The translations under genes were made by a program, and so were the position numbers. Under the pieces are notes generated by a model that was given only the letters and a program-made list of their open reading frames with translations, had not been told where the DNA came from and made no database searches. Shown here in pieces: positions 50,292 to 58,506 of a stretch of DNA of 64,000 bases (the first letter of the stretch is position 1; the number at the start of each line of letters is the position of its first letter). The stretch lies in NCBI GenBank assembly GCA_963837955.1, contig CAWIPH010000002.1, forward strand, positions 3,392,001 through 3,456,000. Direction: 5' to 3'. This stretch comes from an uncultured Verrucomicrobiae bacterium. Its GTDB lineage: Bacteria; Verrucomicrobiota; Verrucomicrobiia; Chthoniobacterales; JAFAMB01.

Positions 50292-50438
50292 ATGCTTTGG
50301 ACTATTATCGTCATCTTGGTCGTATTGTGGCTTCTCGGCTTCTCGATTTTCCATGTCGCCGGGGGCTTAATCCACCTTCTTTTGGTGATCGCTGTGATTG
50401 TGCTGGTAATAAAGCTCGTGACAGGTCGAGGTCTCTAG
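50292..50438 (+). CDS. lmo0937/DUF5670 family small membrane protein (paralog 2)
   Basis: Hand translation MLWTIIVILVVLWLLGFSIFHVAGGLIHLLLVIAVIVLVIKLVTGRGL. Confidence 0.88.
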   Translation: MLWTIIVILVVLWLLGFSIFHVAGGLIHLLLVIAVIVLVIKLVTGRGL

Positions 50439-50493
50439 GCCTGGAGCCCCAGGGATCAAAAGGCACGGGATCTAGATGTACCAGTCACTATGA

Positions 50494-50661
50494 GCTTCTC
50501 GATCTCACCGAAATGTTAATGGACTGGAAAGCGGCTAGTGAGCGGCATCCAGGTGGAATGTACATTGCTCGCTCCGTGGAAATCACAGCAACCGGTTTTC
50601 GGTGGGTGAACAGCTAAGAGAGATTTTGATGAACACGGTAATGGAGATGGGCTGGAGTTGA
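50494..50661 (+). pseudogene. C-terminal fragment of a DUF5662-like protein
   Basis: LLDLTEMLMDWKAASERH...IARSVEI / frameshift / RFSVGEQLREILMNT. Confidence 0.55.
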
Positions 50662-50723
50662 TTGGTACGAAAGCAAACGGCCAAAGGCGACCGTCCAATC
50701 AGCGACCATGATCTGCGGATTTA

Positions 50724-51002
50724 TTAGCCATCGCTAAGGATGCGAACGTAAGACGCCCGCGGAATTCCTCTTGTCACATTGGCAATATCGCAGTGAAGGC
50801 GGTTGCAAATCTTGCAGAGGACCGCGAAGGTCAGGTTTCGTTCGCCCCGCTCGATTCCTCCAAGGAAACTCCTATTCAGTCCACAATCCTTGGCAAAGCC
50901 GATTTGGCTAAACCCCAGGATCTTGCGTTCGGCCTGAATCCTGCGACCCAACCTTAGGAGTTCGACGTTGTCATTTGCCATATTTGGAATCCTGCTTACC
51001 AC
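50724..51002 (-). CDS. XRE family HTH transcriptional regulator
   Basis: LGRRIQAERKILGFSQIGFAKDCGLNRSFLGGIERGERN. Confidence 0.88.
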   Translation of the reverse strand: MVSRIPNMANDNVELLRLGRRIQAERKILGFSQIGFAKDCGLNRSFLGGIERGERNLTFAVLCKICNRLHCDIANVTRGIPRASYVRILSDG

Positions 51003-51132
51003 ATAGCCTACTTAGGTCAGAAACGGTTAACCCGGCCACGAGTTTACTTTGCGGTCGCCGTCTACCCTGATTTTTGGCACAAGGGCCGACCGTCTCATAG
51101 AGCTAGATCGACCCGGTTCAGGAAGTTTCCCA

Positions 51133-51170
51133 ATACTCTTTTTGAAGCGTTCCCCATTGCTTTCCGTTAT
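51133..51170 (-). promoter_or_regulatory. regulon element copy 7 (degenerate), in the XRE/LysR divergent gap
   Basis: ATAA cggaaag CAAT ggggaacg CTTC aaaaaga GTAT TGGGAA (middle spacer is 8 nt). Confidence 0.6.
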
Positions 51171-51275
51171 GGCGAAACGTATGATCCTTAAGAGGATCTT
51201 TCTGTTGCTCGGGTGATTCAACGAATCCGGAACGAATCAATGGCCCAAACGCGGGCAGATAGACCTGAGCCGCTA

Positions 51276-52175
51276 ATGAAACTTCGCCATCTGGAATATT
51301 TTGTCGCTGCCGCTGAGGAGTTGAATTTTACCCATGCCGCCGATCGGCTGCACGTATCGCAACCCCCCTTCAGCAAACAAATCCAGGACTTGGAGGGCGA
51401 GCTAGGAGTTAACCTGTTCCAGCGAGAACGGAAAGGAGTGGCACTGACGGCAGCTGGAAAGGCGTTTTTGATTGATGCGCGAGGGATCTTGGAAGCCTGC
51501 GATCAGGCAATGAAAAAAGCCCAACGCATCAACAGAGGAGAGCTCGGAGAGTTAATTGTCGGTCATATGGCGGCGCTGACCCACGAGTTTCTAGGCCAAG
51601 CACTGGAGCTTTGGCAGAAGGTTTCGCCAGGAATCATCATCGACTGCGTAGAGATGGACCCAGAAGCGCAAGAACGCGCGTTGCTGGACGGGCGCATCGC
51701 AGTGGGCATCCTGGTGCTCAGCGATCGGCCAATCCTTGAATTGTTGAGAGTTCAGCTGCTGAAAGAGCACCCGGTCACGGTCGCGTTGCCAAAATCCCAC
51801 CCGCAAGCAGTCCGGTCGCAAATCCGTTTGCCGGTCCTCAAAGAGCAACCTTTCATTGGCTTAAATCGGATGTACCCCGCGTACGGCAATTGGCTGCAGA
51901 CCGTCTGCCAGCAATCAGGGTTCACTCCACGCATTGTAAGGGAAGCAGACGGGGCGGCAAGTGCCCTCGCTATGGTCGCGGCTGGCTTTGGCGTCGCTCT
52001 GGTCAGCCAACCGATCAAAAAGTTTCCGGCCAGACATGTTGTTTTCAGAGATTTGGTGGCACCGCAACCCGTAAGGATACCGCTCGGGGCTGTCTGGAAA
52101 AAAAACGGACTCTATTCCGGAGTCGTCTCTAAGTTCGTGGAGACCTTGACCCAAGTCTGCGCCGCGACTGTCTGA
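51276..52175 (+). CDS. LysR family transcriptional regulator (BenM/CatM/AlsR-like); alternative start at 51240
   Basis: MKLRHLEYFVAAAEELNFTHAADRLHVSQPPFSKQIQDLE, GFTPRIVREAD and VAAGFGVALV. Confidence 0.95.
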   Translation: MKLRHLEYFVAAAEELNFTHAADRLHVSQPPFSKQIQDLEGELGVNLFQRERKGVALTAAGKAFLIDARGILEACDQAMKKAQRINRGELGELIVGHMAALTHEFLGQALELWQKVSPGIIIDCVEMDPEAQERALLDGRIAVGILVLSDRPILELLRVQLLKEHPVTVALPKSHPQAVRSQIRLPVLKEQPFIGLNRMYPAYGNWLQTVCQQSGFTPRIVREADGAASALAMVAAGFGVALVSQPIKKFPARHVVFRDLVAPQPVRIPLGAVWKKNGLYSGVVSKFVETLTQVCAATV

Positions 52176-52232
52176 CTGGCGCATGTCCATTGCGGTTATG
52201 GCCGCTTGAAACTTCAAATCCCACCGAGAGCA

Positions 52233-52475
52233 TTACTGGCTACTTGTCGCTCTTTGTTCTCGGGCGACATCTTCTTTTCCCTCACTTGTCTTCGGCTCGC
52301 TCAAAGCAACGATCCTGGCACTAAGTTTGCCTTCACTTTCGAACATCTCAAAGGTGGCGTCATGGCCCTTCCAGAATCCAATCGGGGATGCAGGATCGCT
52401 TGCATGAACTGCGGTCGCACCAAACCAGCAGATGACTAGCATCAGGAGCAGATAGGGAAGTCGGGAGGGATTCAT
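52233..52475 (-). pseudogene. DUF2147::CBS chimeric remnant
   Basis: MNPSRLPY...ALSEPKTSEGKE (DUF2147 N-half) joined in frame to DVAREQRATSSQ (CBS gene C-terminus DIVREQRATSSE). Confidence 0.88.
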
Positions 52476-52608
52476 AGGTTCGTTCTACGCTCTCAGCTCC
52501 GGCGAGCAGTCTCGGATTACTCCGACAAGTGACTGGTCGGTTGCTGGTCTCAATCTATAGCATCCTCCCAATTTGCTGTCACGAGAGGATCGGCTAACTA
52601 ACATGACG

Positions 52609-52674
52609 AGTCTCGTTCGGCCCGATGAGTTTCTGTCATACAGTGCTCGAAGACTTACCTTTGCCTTCCGGTAT
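52609..52674 (-). promoter_or_regulatory. regulon element copy 8 (hybrid of copies 2 and 3)
   Basis: ATAC cggaagg CAAA ggtaagt CTTC gagcact GTAT GACAGA N17 GAGACT. Confidence 0.75.
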
Positions 52675-52788
52675 AGCAAAGCCTGGCGAGAGAGGCGTTG
52701 GGGGACACGAGCACCATCAAACAATATTCGTTCACTGCGGGAACCGCTGTTTCCAAGCCTTCCTTCGTTCTTCTCGTCACCCGTCGTC

Positions 52789-52854
52789 ATACTCAAAGGC
52801 GACAGTAACGCATCGATAAGAGTATGGGAGAAGCTAATGAAGCCGGGAGAGCTT
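52789..52854 (+). promoter_or_regulatory. regulon element copy 9 (duplicate of copy 4)
   Basis: ATAC tcaaagg CGAC agtaacg CATC gataaga GTAT GGGAGA N17 GAGCTT. Confidence 0.8.
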
Positions 52855-52988
52855 CATGATCTTAGTTAAATCGATTCTCTTACGACGACAAAATGGAGCG
52901 GCCTCTAGAGTTAGTCCAAGAATCGGCCAGTGACCCGTCGGAACCATCAGAATTCAAAGACAAGAAAATTACATAAAGACAAAGGAAC

Positions 52989-53447
52989 ATGATGCGAAAG
53001 TTTACTAATTTAGCCATAGCGATGGGTGCCGGTCTCTGCTTCGGCGCGAGCGCACAAGCAGATGATCTTCGATTTACTACCTTGCCGCAGACCGTGCAAA
53101 CTACTGTAATTCGCGAGACGCGGATTCCGGATGCATCAAGTGTCACCCGCATTGTACGGGACAGCAGCGGAATCTATGTTGTTACGGTGCGAGGCACAAC
53201 AGGCGAACAGGTGGTCTATGTGAATGAGGCCGGCCTCATTGTGCAGGCACCGGTAACCGCTACCGTAGTTCAAAAGTCGGTTGAGACGGTTCAACCGGCG
53301 ATCGAGTCTTCGCAGACGGTAGTGACGTATGACCAAGTCCAACAAAACGTGTCGCGCTACCAACTGCTCGAGAAAAAGGGCACGAAAGAAGTATATCGGG
53401 ACAACAAGACCGGACAGAAAGTGATTGTTAAACGCGAAAACAACTAA
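52989..53447 (+). CDS. secreted protein, PepSY/BLIP-like fold suspected (paralog 2)
   Basis: Same length (152 aa) and highly similar to 45569-46027. Confidence 0.75.
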   Translation: MMRKFTNLAIAMGAGLCFGASAQADDLRFTTLPQTVQTTVIRETRIPDASSVTRIVRDSSGIYVVTVRGTTGEQVVYVNEAGLIVQAPVTATVVQKSVETVQPAIESSQTVVTYDQVQQNVSRYQLLEKKGTKEVYRDNKTGQKVIVKRENN

Positions 53448-53870
53448 GCCGTCCGCGTTGTTCTTCCGTGAAAGTGGAGACTGTGGCCGGAGCACCCGGC
53501 CGCAGCCAGTTGAGTAAAGATCAACCGCTGGCGGTAGACCGCCTGATCGAGGAAGGCGAAAATGTCTCCGATCAACCTAGGCGTATACTTCCATGCGACT
53601 CATTGTATGTCCTTAGGTTTTCTCTTCAGCGAGATAGTGAGAAGGACTCCAAGTGCGAATATGCACATCCTCAAAGCCATGGCACGCTGTAGCTACTCTC
53701 CTTCAGATGACTTGAAGAGGAAAGAGCAACCGACCAGAAGTTGACTAAATTGGGGAAGGCCGCAATTAACGTGGCTGCGTGAAGTAAAGTTCAAAGTCCG
53801 GTCCCGGATGGCGTTGGTGCTCGGAGGCGGATGAATCGGCGGCAGTCTCTGGATAAAGTGCTCGGCACAG

Positions 53871-55301
53871 GTGAGGCGAACGGGATTGACAAAAGCTGAA
53901 ATTCGCCAGAAAAGCTTTTCAGATTTGGCACGCAAAAAACAGTCGGGCCGTCCTAAGGTCAACCCCGCAATCAAAGTCGCGGCTGCGGAAGGCGACACAA
54001 TAATCTCTGCCGTGCCCAGAAAAGCCGGTCCTGGCAAACGCCATTCCTGGGTACGGAATGTTCTAAAAATCTTGGGTCCGGGACTGGTTACAGGTGCAGC
54101 TGACGATGATCCGAGCGGCATAGCCACTTACTCCAGCGTCGGTGCCCAATACGGGTATTCGATGCTTTGGACGATGCTTTTTATTTATCCGTTCATGGCC
54201 GCCATTCAGGAGATCAGCGGACGTCTGGGTCGCATTACCGGTCGAGGCATCGCCGGTAACATTCACCGATTCTATCCCCGATGGGCATTGTACTCGGTCG
54301 TTGCGCTGCTATTGCTGGCAAACATCATCAACATTGGAGCGGATATCGGAGCAATGGGTGCTGCGGTCAATCTGTTGATTGGTGGCCCCGCTTTGGTTTA
54401 CTGCGTGATCTTCGCTGTCATCTCAGTACTTTTGCAGGTTTTCGTCCCCTACAAAACATACTCAGTGGTCCTCAAATGGCTCACCCTGTCTCTTTTTGCT
54501 TACGTAGGTACAGTCTTTGTCACACACATATCCTGGACGGAAGCTCTGCGCGGAACCTTCCTTCCGACGCTTTTGTTTGATCGTGAGTCTATGGCAGCCC
54601 TGATCGCTGTTTTGGGAACGACGATAAGTCCATACCTATTCTTCTGGCAGTCTGGCGAAGAGGTTGAACAAATGCACGCCACTCCGAAAGAAAGACCGCT
54701 TAGAGAAGGGTCCCGTCAGGCATCGGAGAAGCCGATGCAAAGGATCGCGATCGATACCTATCTTGGGATGGCGTTTTCCAATCTGATCGCCTACTTCATC
54801 ATTCTGACTGTCGCAGTTACTCTGCACGCCCATGGGAAGACCGATATCGGCAGCGCGGCCCAGGCTGCTGAGGCTCTTCGTCCGATTGCAGGACCCTTTG
54901 CTTCGCTGCTTTTTAGCCTAGGGATTGTGGGAACAGGTTTACTAGCGTTGCCAGTTCTCGGTGGCTCGGCAGCCTACGCCGTAGGGGAAGCCTTGCGCTG
55001 GCCAGTGGGCCTGGAACGAAAGCTCAAGGGAGCGAAAGCATTTTATGGGGTACTGGCAGTTGCGACACTGATAGGGTTAGTGATTAATTTCACAAAGCTC
55101 GATCCCATCAAAGCGCTGGTTTGGGCGGCAATTATCAACGGCGTTACGGCGGCCCCAGTCATGTGTTTTATGATGCTGATGGCCAGCAATCCAAAGATCA
55201 TTGGTCAGCTGCATCTTCCCGTCTACTTAAAAGCTGTTGGATGGGCGGCGGCCGGTATCATGGCGCTGGCCGCAATCGGAATGTTTCTTACTTCGGGGTA
55301 A
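53871..55301 (+). CDS. NRAMP family divalent metal transporter
   Basis: LGPGLVTGAADDDPSGIATYS and GTTISPYLFFWQ, with multiple TM helices. Start uncertain. Confidence 0.92.
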   Translation: MRRTGLTKAEIRQKSFSDLARKKQSGRPKVNPAIKVAAAEGDTIISAVPRKAGPGKRHSWVRNVLKILGPGLVTGAADDDPSGIATYSSVGAQYGYSMLWTMLFIYPFMAAIQEISGRLGRITGRGIAGNIHRFYPRWALYSVVALLLLANIINIGADIGAMGAAVNLLIGGPALVYCVIFAVISVLLQVFVPYKTYSVVLKWLTLSLFAYVGTVFVTHISWTEALRGTFLPTLLFDRESMAALIAVLGTTISPYLFFWQSGEEVEQMHATPKERPLREGSRQASEKPMQRIAIDTYLGMAFSNLIAYFIILTVAVTLHAHGKTDIGSAAQAAEALRPIAGPFASLLFSLGIVGTGLLALPVLGGSAAYAVGEALRWPVGLERKLKGAKAFYGVLAVATLIGLVINFTKLDPIKALVWAAIINGVTAAPVMCFMMLMASNPKIIGQLHLPVYLKAVGWAAAGIMALAAIGMFLTSG

Positions 55302-55322
55302 TAACAATTTTTATCTCTTGCC

Positions 55323-57146
55323 TTGCCGAACAACCTCATATCTGAAAAGCCGGTCGAACTCGGGAAGCTAATCCAGGTAGCATACCTCGTTGTCATTCTC
55401 TCGGCCTTTGCTTGGGCGAAGGAGCTGTTGCTCCCGCTAATTCTGGCGGTTCTGATCAGCTTTTTGTTAGCGCCCGTTGTGTCTCGCCTGGAACGTTGGA
55501 GATTTCCCCGCACGGCAGCCGTCCTTAGCGTCGTTGCGGTTGTCTTCGCCCTGATCGGAGGCCTCTGCTCGACGCTTTCACTGGAGGGTTTGGATCTAGT
55601 AAACTCTCTGCCCAAATACCGCGATAATATTCATGCCAGATGGGCGGCCATTCAGCAGGGGCCGCCCGGCCCGCTCAATCTGGCACTTAGCAACGTTGAC
55701 GCGCTGATTACCGATCTAGGAAAAGTCACGGCATCTGGAGGCGTTCGACAGCCGGAGGCAACCAAGGTCCAGATTGTTAGCGGTGCTGACAGTGTACTTG
55801 CGATTGTGAAGAATAGCTTGACGCCGGTAGCGGGTCCTATCGGGGAATTTGCCCTGGTCGTTGTGCTCGTAGTTTTTATGCTTTTAGAGCGAAACCGACT
55901 CCGCGTTCGGTTTCTTCGCCTGATTGGACACTCACGCGTTGCGACGACCAATCTTGCAGTGGACGAGGTCGGATCCAAATTAAGCCGTTTTCTATTGGGG
56001 CAGTTGCTGGTGAACACCGGATATGCACTACTGCTTGGGCTCGGGCTCTTTCTAATCGGTATCCCGAACGCGCTGCTCTGGGCAGTTCTGACCCTGCTAT
56101 TGCGGTTTTTGCCATACGTCGGCCTCTGGATATCTGCTTTCTTCCCGTTGCTATTATCTATTGCCATTTCCACAAGCTGGAAGGAGCCGATACTGACTCT
56201 GGCCCTCTACGGGTCGCTGGAAGTGTTCACCAACAATGTTGTGGAACCTTTTGTCTTAGGCCGTAGCACCGGAATGTCACCGCTGGCCATAATCGTATCC
56301 GCCCTATTCTGGACGTGGCTTTGGGGTCCGATCGGTTTGTTGCTCGCGACACCGCTCACCGCTTGCCTGGTAGTGTTGGGTCGCTATTTTCCGGCATTTA
56401 ATATTTGCAGTGTTTTGTTAGCCGCAGAGCCACCCTCCTCCTCGGAAACAAGATTCATTCTTCTCCTTACGGAAAACCGCCTTCCGGAGGCCAAAGCACT
56501 CCTGCAGACATTGGGAGGGATGCAACTTTCAGTAGGAATCGCCGAAGAACTAATTTTGCCGACTCTCCGAGCAGTCGAAAACGATCTTTATCCGGGAACT
56601 AATCCAACAAAGTCTCGGATTTATGCGGAACTGCGCGAACTGATCGAGGAAATGACTGTTGAAGGCTCAACGCAATTGGAGCCACCGCCAGAACAATCAA
56701 CACCTAAACAGCCCGGAACGGCTATCGTGCCGTTCATGGGCGAAGGCGACGAAATTGTGGGGAGAGTTATCGCGCGTTTGCTGGCTGCTAAAGGGATCGG
56801 CACGGATTTGTTATCCTGGCGAACTCTTCGCGTGGAGAAAGTGGATCGTCTGAAGGAATTAAGAGCCCCGTGGATTTTGCTCTCCGCGATCGAGTCAAGA
56901 TCGGTAATCACCGTGGGTAGAATGGCGCATTCCATTAAGCTTGAGCTCCCCGATGCTCTGATTCTGGTTGGCCTTTGGAGTGTGCCAACCGAAGGCGCCG
57001 CGCGATGGGTAAGAAGAATTAAGGAGTCTTCCGGAAGCGCTCTTTACACCAATATCGATCAGGCGGTTGAAGGGATTGCTTCTCTGGTTCCGCAAGTCGG
57101 TGATGAACTCCAGGCGCGCGCGGAAAACCCGACACAAGCGAGCTGA
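55323..57146 (+). CDS. AI-2E family transporter with C-terminal cytoplasmic extension
   Basis: LLPLILAVLISFLLAP, LRFLPYVG, VEPFVLGRSTGMSP and WTWLWGPIGLLLATPLT, plus a C-terminal alpha/beta domain of about 230 aa. Confidence 0.9.
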   Translation: MPNNLISEKPVELGKLIQVAYLVVILSAFAWAKELLLPLILAVLISFLLAPVVSRLERWRFPRTAAVLSVVAVVFALIGGLCSTLSLEGLDLVNSLPKYRDNIHARWAAIQQGPPGPLNLALSNVDALITDLGKVTASGGVRQPEATKVQIVSGADSVLAIVKNSLTPVAGPIGEFALVVVLVVFMLLERNRLRVRFLRLIGHSRVATTNLAVDEVGSKLSRFLLGQLLVNTGYALLLGLGLFLIGIPNALLWAVLTLLLRFLPYVGLWISAFFPLLLSIAISTSWKEPILTLALYGSLEVFTNNVVEPFVLGRSTGMSPLAIIVSALFWTWLWGPIGLLLATPLTACLVVLGRYFPAFNICSVLLAAEPPSSSETRFILLLTENRLPEAKALLQTLGGMQLSVGIAEELILPTLRAVENDLYPGTNPTKSRIYAELRELIEEMTVEGSTQLEPPPEQSTPKQPGTAIVPFMGEGDEIVGRVIARLLAAKGIGTDLLSWRTLRVEKVDRLKELRAPWILLSAIESRSVITVGRMAHSIKLELPDALILVGLWSVPTEGAARWVRRIKESSGSALYTNIDQAVEGIASLVPQVGDELQARAENPTQAS

Positions 57147-57161
57147 CGCAGTTAAGCATCT

Positions 57162-58262
57162 ATGAACCATCCCGTCCCCCCAAATGACAGTTCGGATGGT
57201 TCAACCCCCGAGGACCTCGGAAAGTTTGTCAATCTCTGGTTCGCAGTTGCAGTGATCGGATTGTTCGTCTTTGCCTTTTTCTACACCCTGAAGGTAGCGG
57301 TTGACCTTTTTCTCCCCATCGTGCTTGCAGGTTTTCTCGGTTTCCTGCTAACGCCTATCACCAGATGGTTAAAGAAAATCGGTTTGTCAAACTTTTGGGC
57401 ACCGCTTGTCGGCACCCTCGGCTTTTTGACCATCTTGATCTGCCTTTTTGCCGCGCTGGGTGTATCATTAGCGAGGTTCGAACCTGATTTCCCCCGCTAT
57501 CTCGATCACATTCAGGAACGTTTGACGCCAATCCTTCAAGCTGTCCAGAAAAGTTCTCCATCGATCGACCGCCTAGGCGCCTGGTTGAACCCAGGCAACA
57601 TCCTTCAGGTAAGCATCCGCGGGCCAAGCTTTGTGGAGATGGCTCTGAAGAACGCGCCGAAATTTTTGGCGATTCTGGTCATTGTTCACGTACTTGCTTT
57701 CTTCCTTCTGCTGTACGGAGGCCGGCTCCTCAAAAAGCTCGTCGATATGATCCCGGGTGTGTCAGAGAAACAAAACGTCGTCGAAATCGCGTCCGAGATT
57801 GAGCAAACCGCCGCGCGTTACTTTACTTCGGTCACGCTGATCAATGCCGGTTTAGGGGTGAGTGTTTGGATCTCCGTCGGTTTACTGGGACTACCCCATC
57901 CGTTGCTTTGGGGTGTTGCTGCGTTTTTGCTCCATTACATTCCCTTCGTGGGATCAACGGGTGGCATCGTGGCAATGACGCTTGTTTCACTGATTCATTT
58001 TGATTCGGTCTGGTACGCCCTGTTGCCACCTCTGGCCTATGTCTTTTGTGCGATGATTGAAGGAAACCTAGCGACGCCGCTGTTCCTTGGGCGCTGGTTA
58101 ACCCTGAACCCGATCGCCATCCTGCTGACTTTTCTTCTTTGGTCCTACCTCTGGGGTGTGGCCGGCACTCTGCTCGCTGTTCCCCTCCTGGCGACCTTCA
58201 AAATATTCTGCGATCGAATTGAGCCACTGAGACGGGTGGGCTCATTCCTTGGGCGACCGTAA
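57162..58262 (+). CDS. AI-2E family transporter
   Basis: PLLWGVAAFLLHYIPFVG, IEGNLATP and LWGVAGTLLAVPLL. Confidence 0.92.
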   Translation: MNHPVPPNDSSDGSTPEDLGKFVNLWFAVAVIGLFVFAFFYTLKVAVDLFLPIVLAGFLGFLLTPITRWLKKIGLSNFWAPLVGTLGFLTILICLFAALGVSLARFEPDFPRYLDHIQERLTPILQAVQKSSPSIDRLGAWLNPGNILQVSIRGPSFVEMALKNAPKFLAILVIVHVLAFFLLLYGGRLLKKLVDMIPGVSEKQNVVEIASEIEQTAARYFTSVTLINAGLGVSVWISVGLLGLPHPLLWGVAAFLLHYIPFVGSTGGIVAMTLVSLIHFDSVWYALLPPLAYVFCAMIEGNLATPLFLGRWLTLNPIAILLTFLLWSYLWGVAGTLLAVPLLATFKIFCDRIEPLRRVGSFLGRP

Positions 58263-58384
58263 ATACGGTTAAAGCCGAAAGCGACTCTTTCCAGTCCCAT
58301 TTTTTCCCGCGATTGGCGCGACTGGAAAAGTGAATTTTACAGTCTGGCCAGTCCATCCTCGATTTCCGGCGGTCGACTTTTGCC

Positions 58385-58450
58385 ATACGCAAAAGCGAGA
58401 GCAACCCTTCGGGAACGGTATTGGAGAAGCTTATGGATCCGGGCAAGAAT
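58385..58450 (+). promoter_or_regulatory. regulon element copy 10
   Basis: ATAC gcaaaag CGAG agcaacc CTTC gggaacg GTAT TGGAGA N17 AAGAAT. Confidence 0.8.
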
Positions 58451-58506
58451 CATAGGCCGTTTCAGATCTGACTACGGGGCCTTTGAAGCGGCTAAGGGAC
58501 AATTGT

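Larger units (their letters stand above)
52208..53660. repeat. collapsed direct duplicate of 42290-46601
   Basis: Colinear blocks match the CBS 3' end, DUF2147 5' half and upstream region, the 45245-45520 intergenic region, the secreted-protein gene and the LapA 3' end. Confidence 0.9.

Noticed and set aside
43512..58450. Repeated element as a CRISPR array, integron attC sites or a MITE
   Set aside because: Copies are dispersed and on both strands. There are no regular spacers, no cas or integrase gene, no GTTRRRY/RYYYAAC ends and no target duplication. Conservation is box-and-spacing type and oriented to gene starts.
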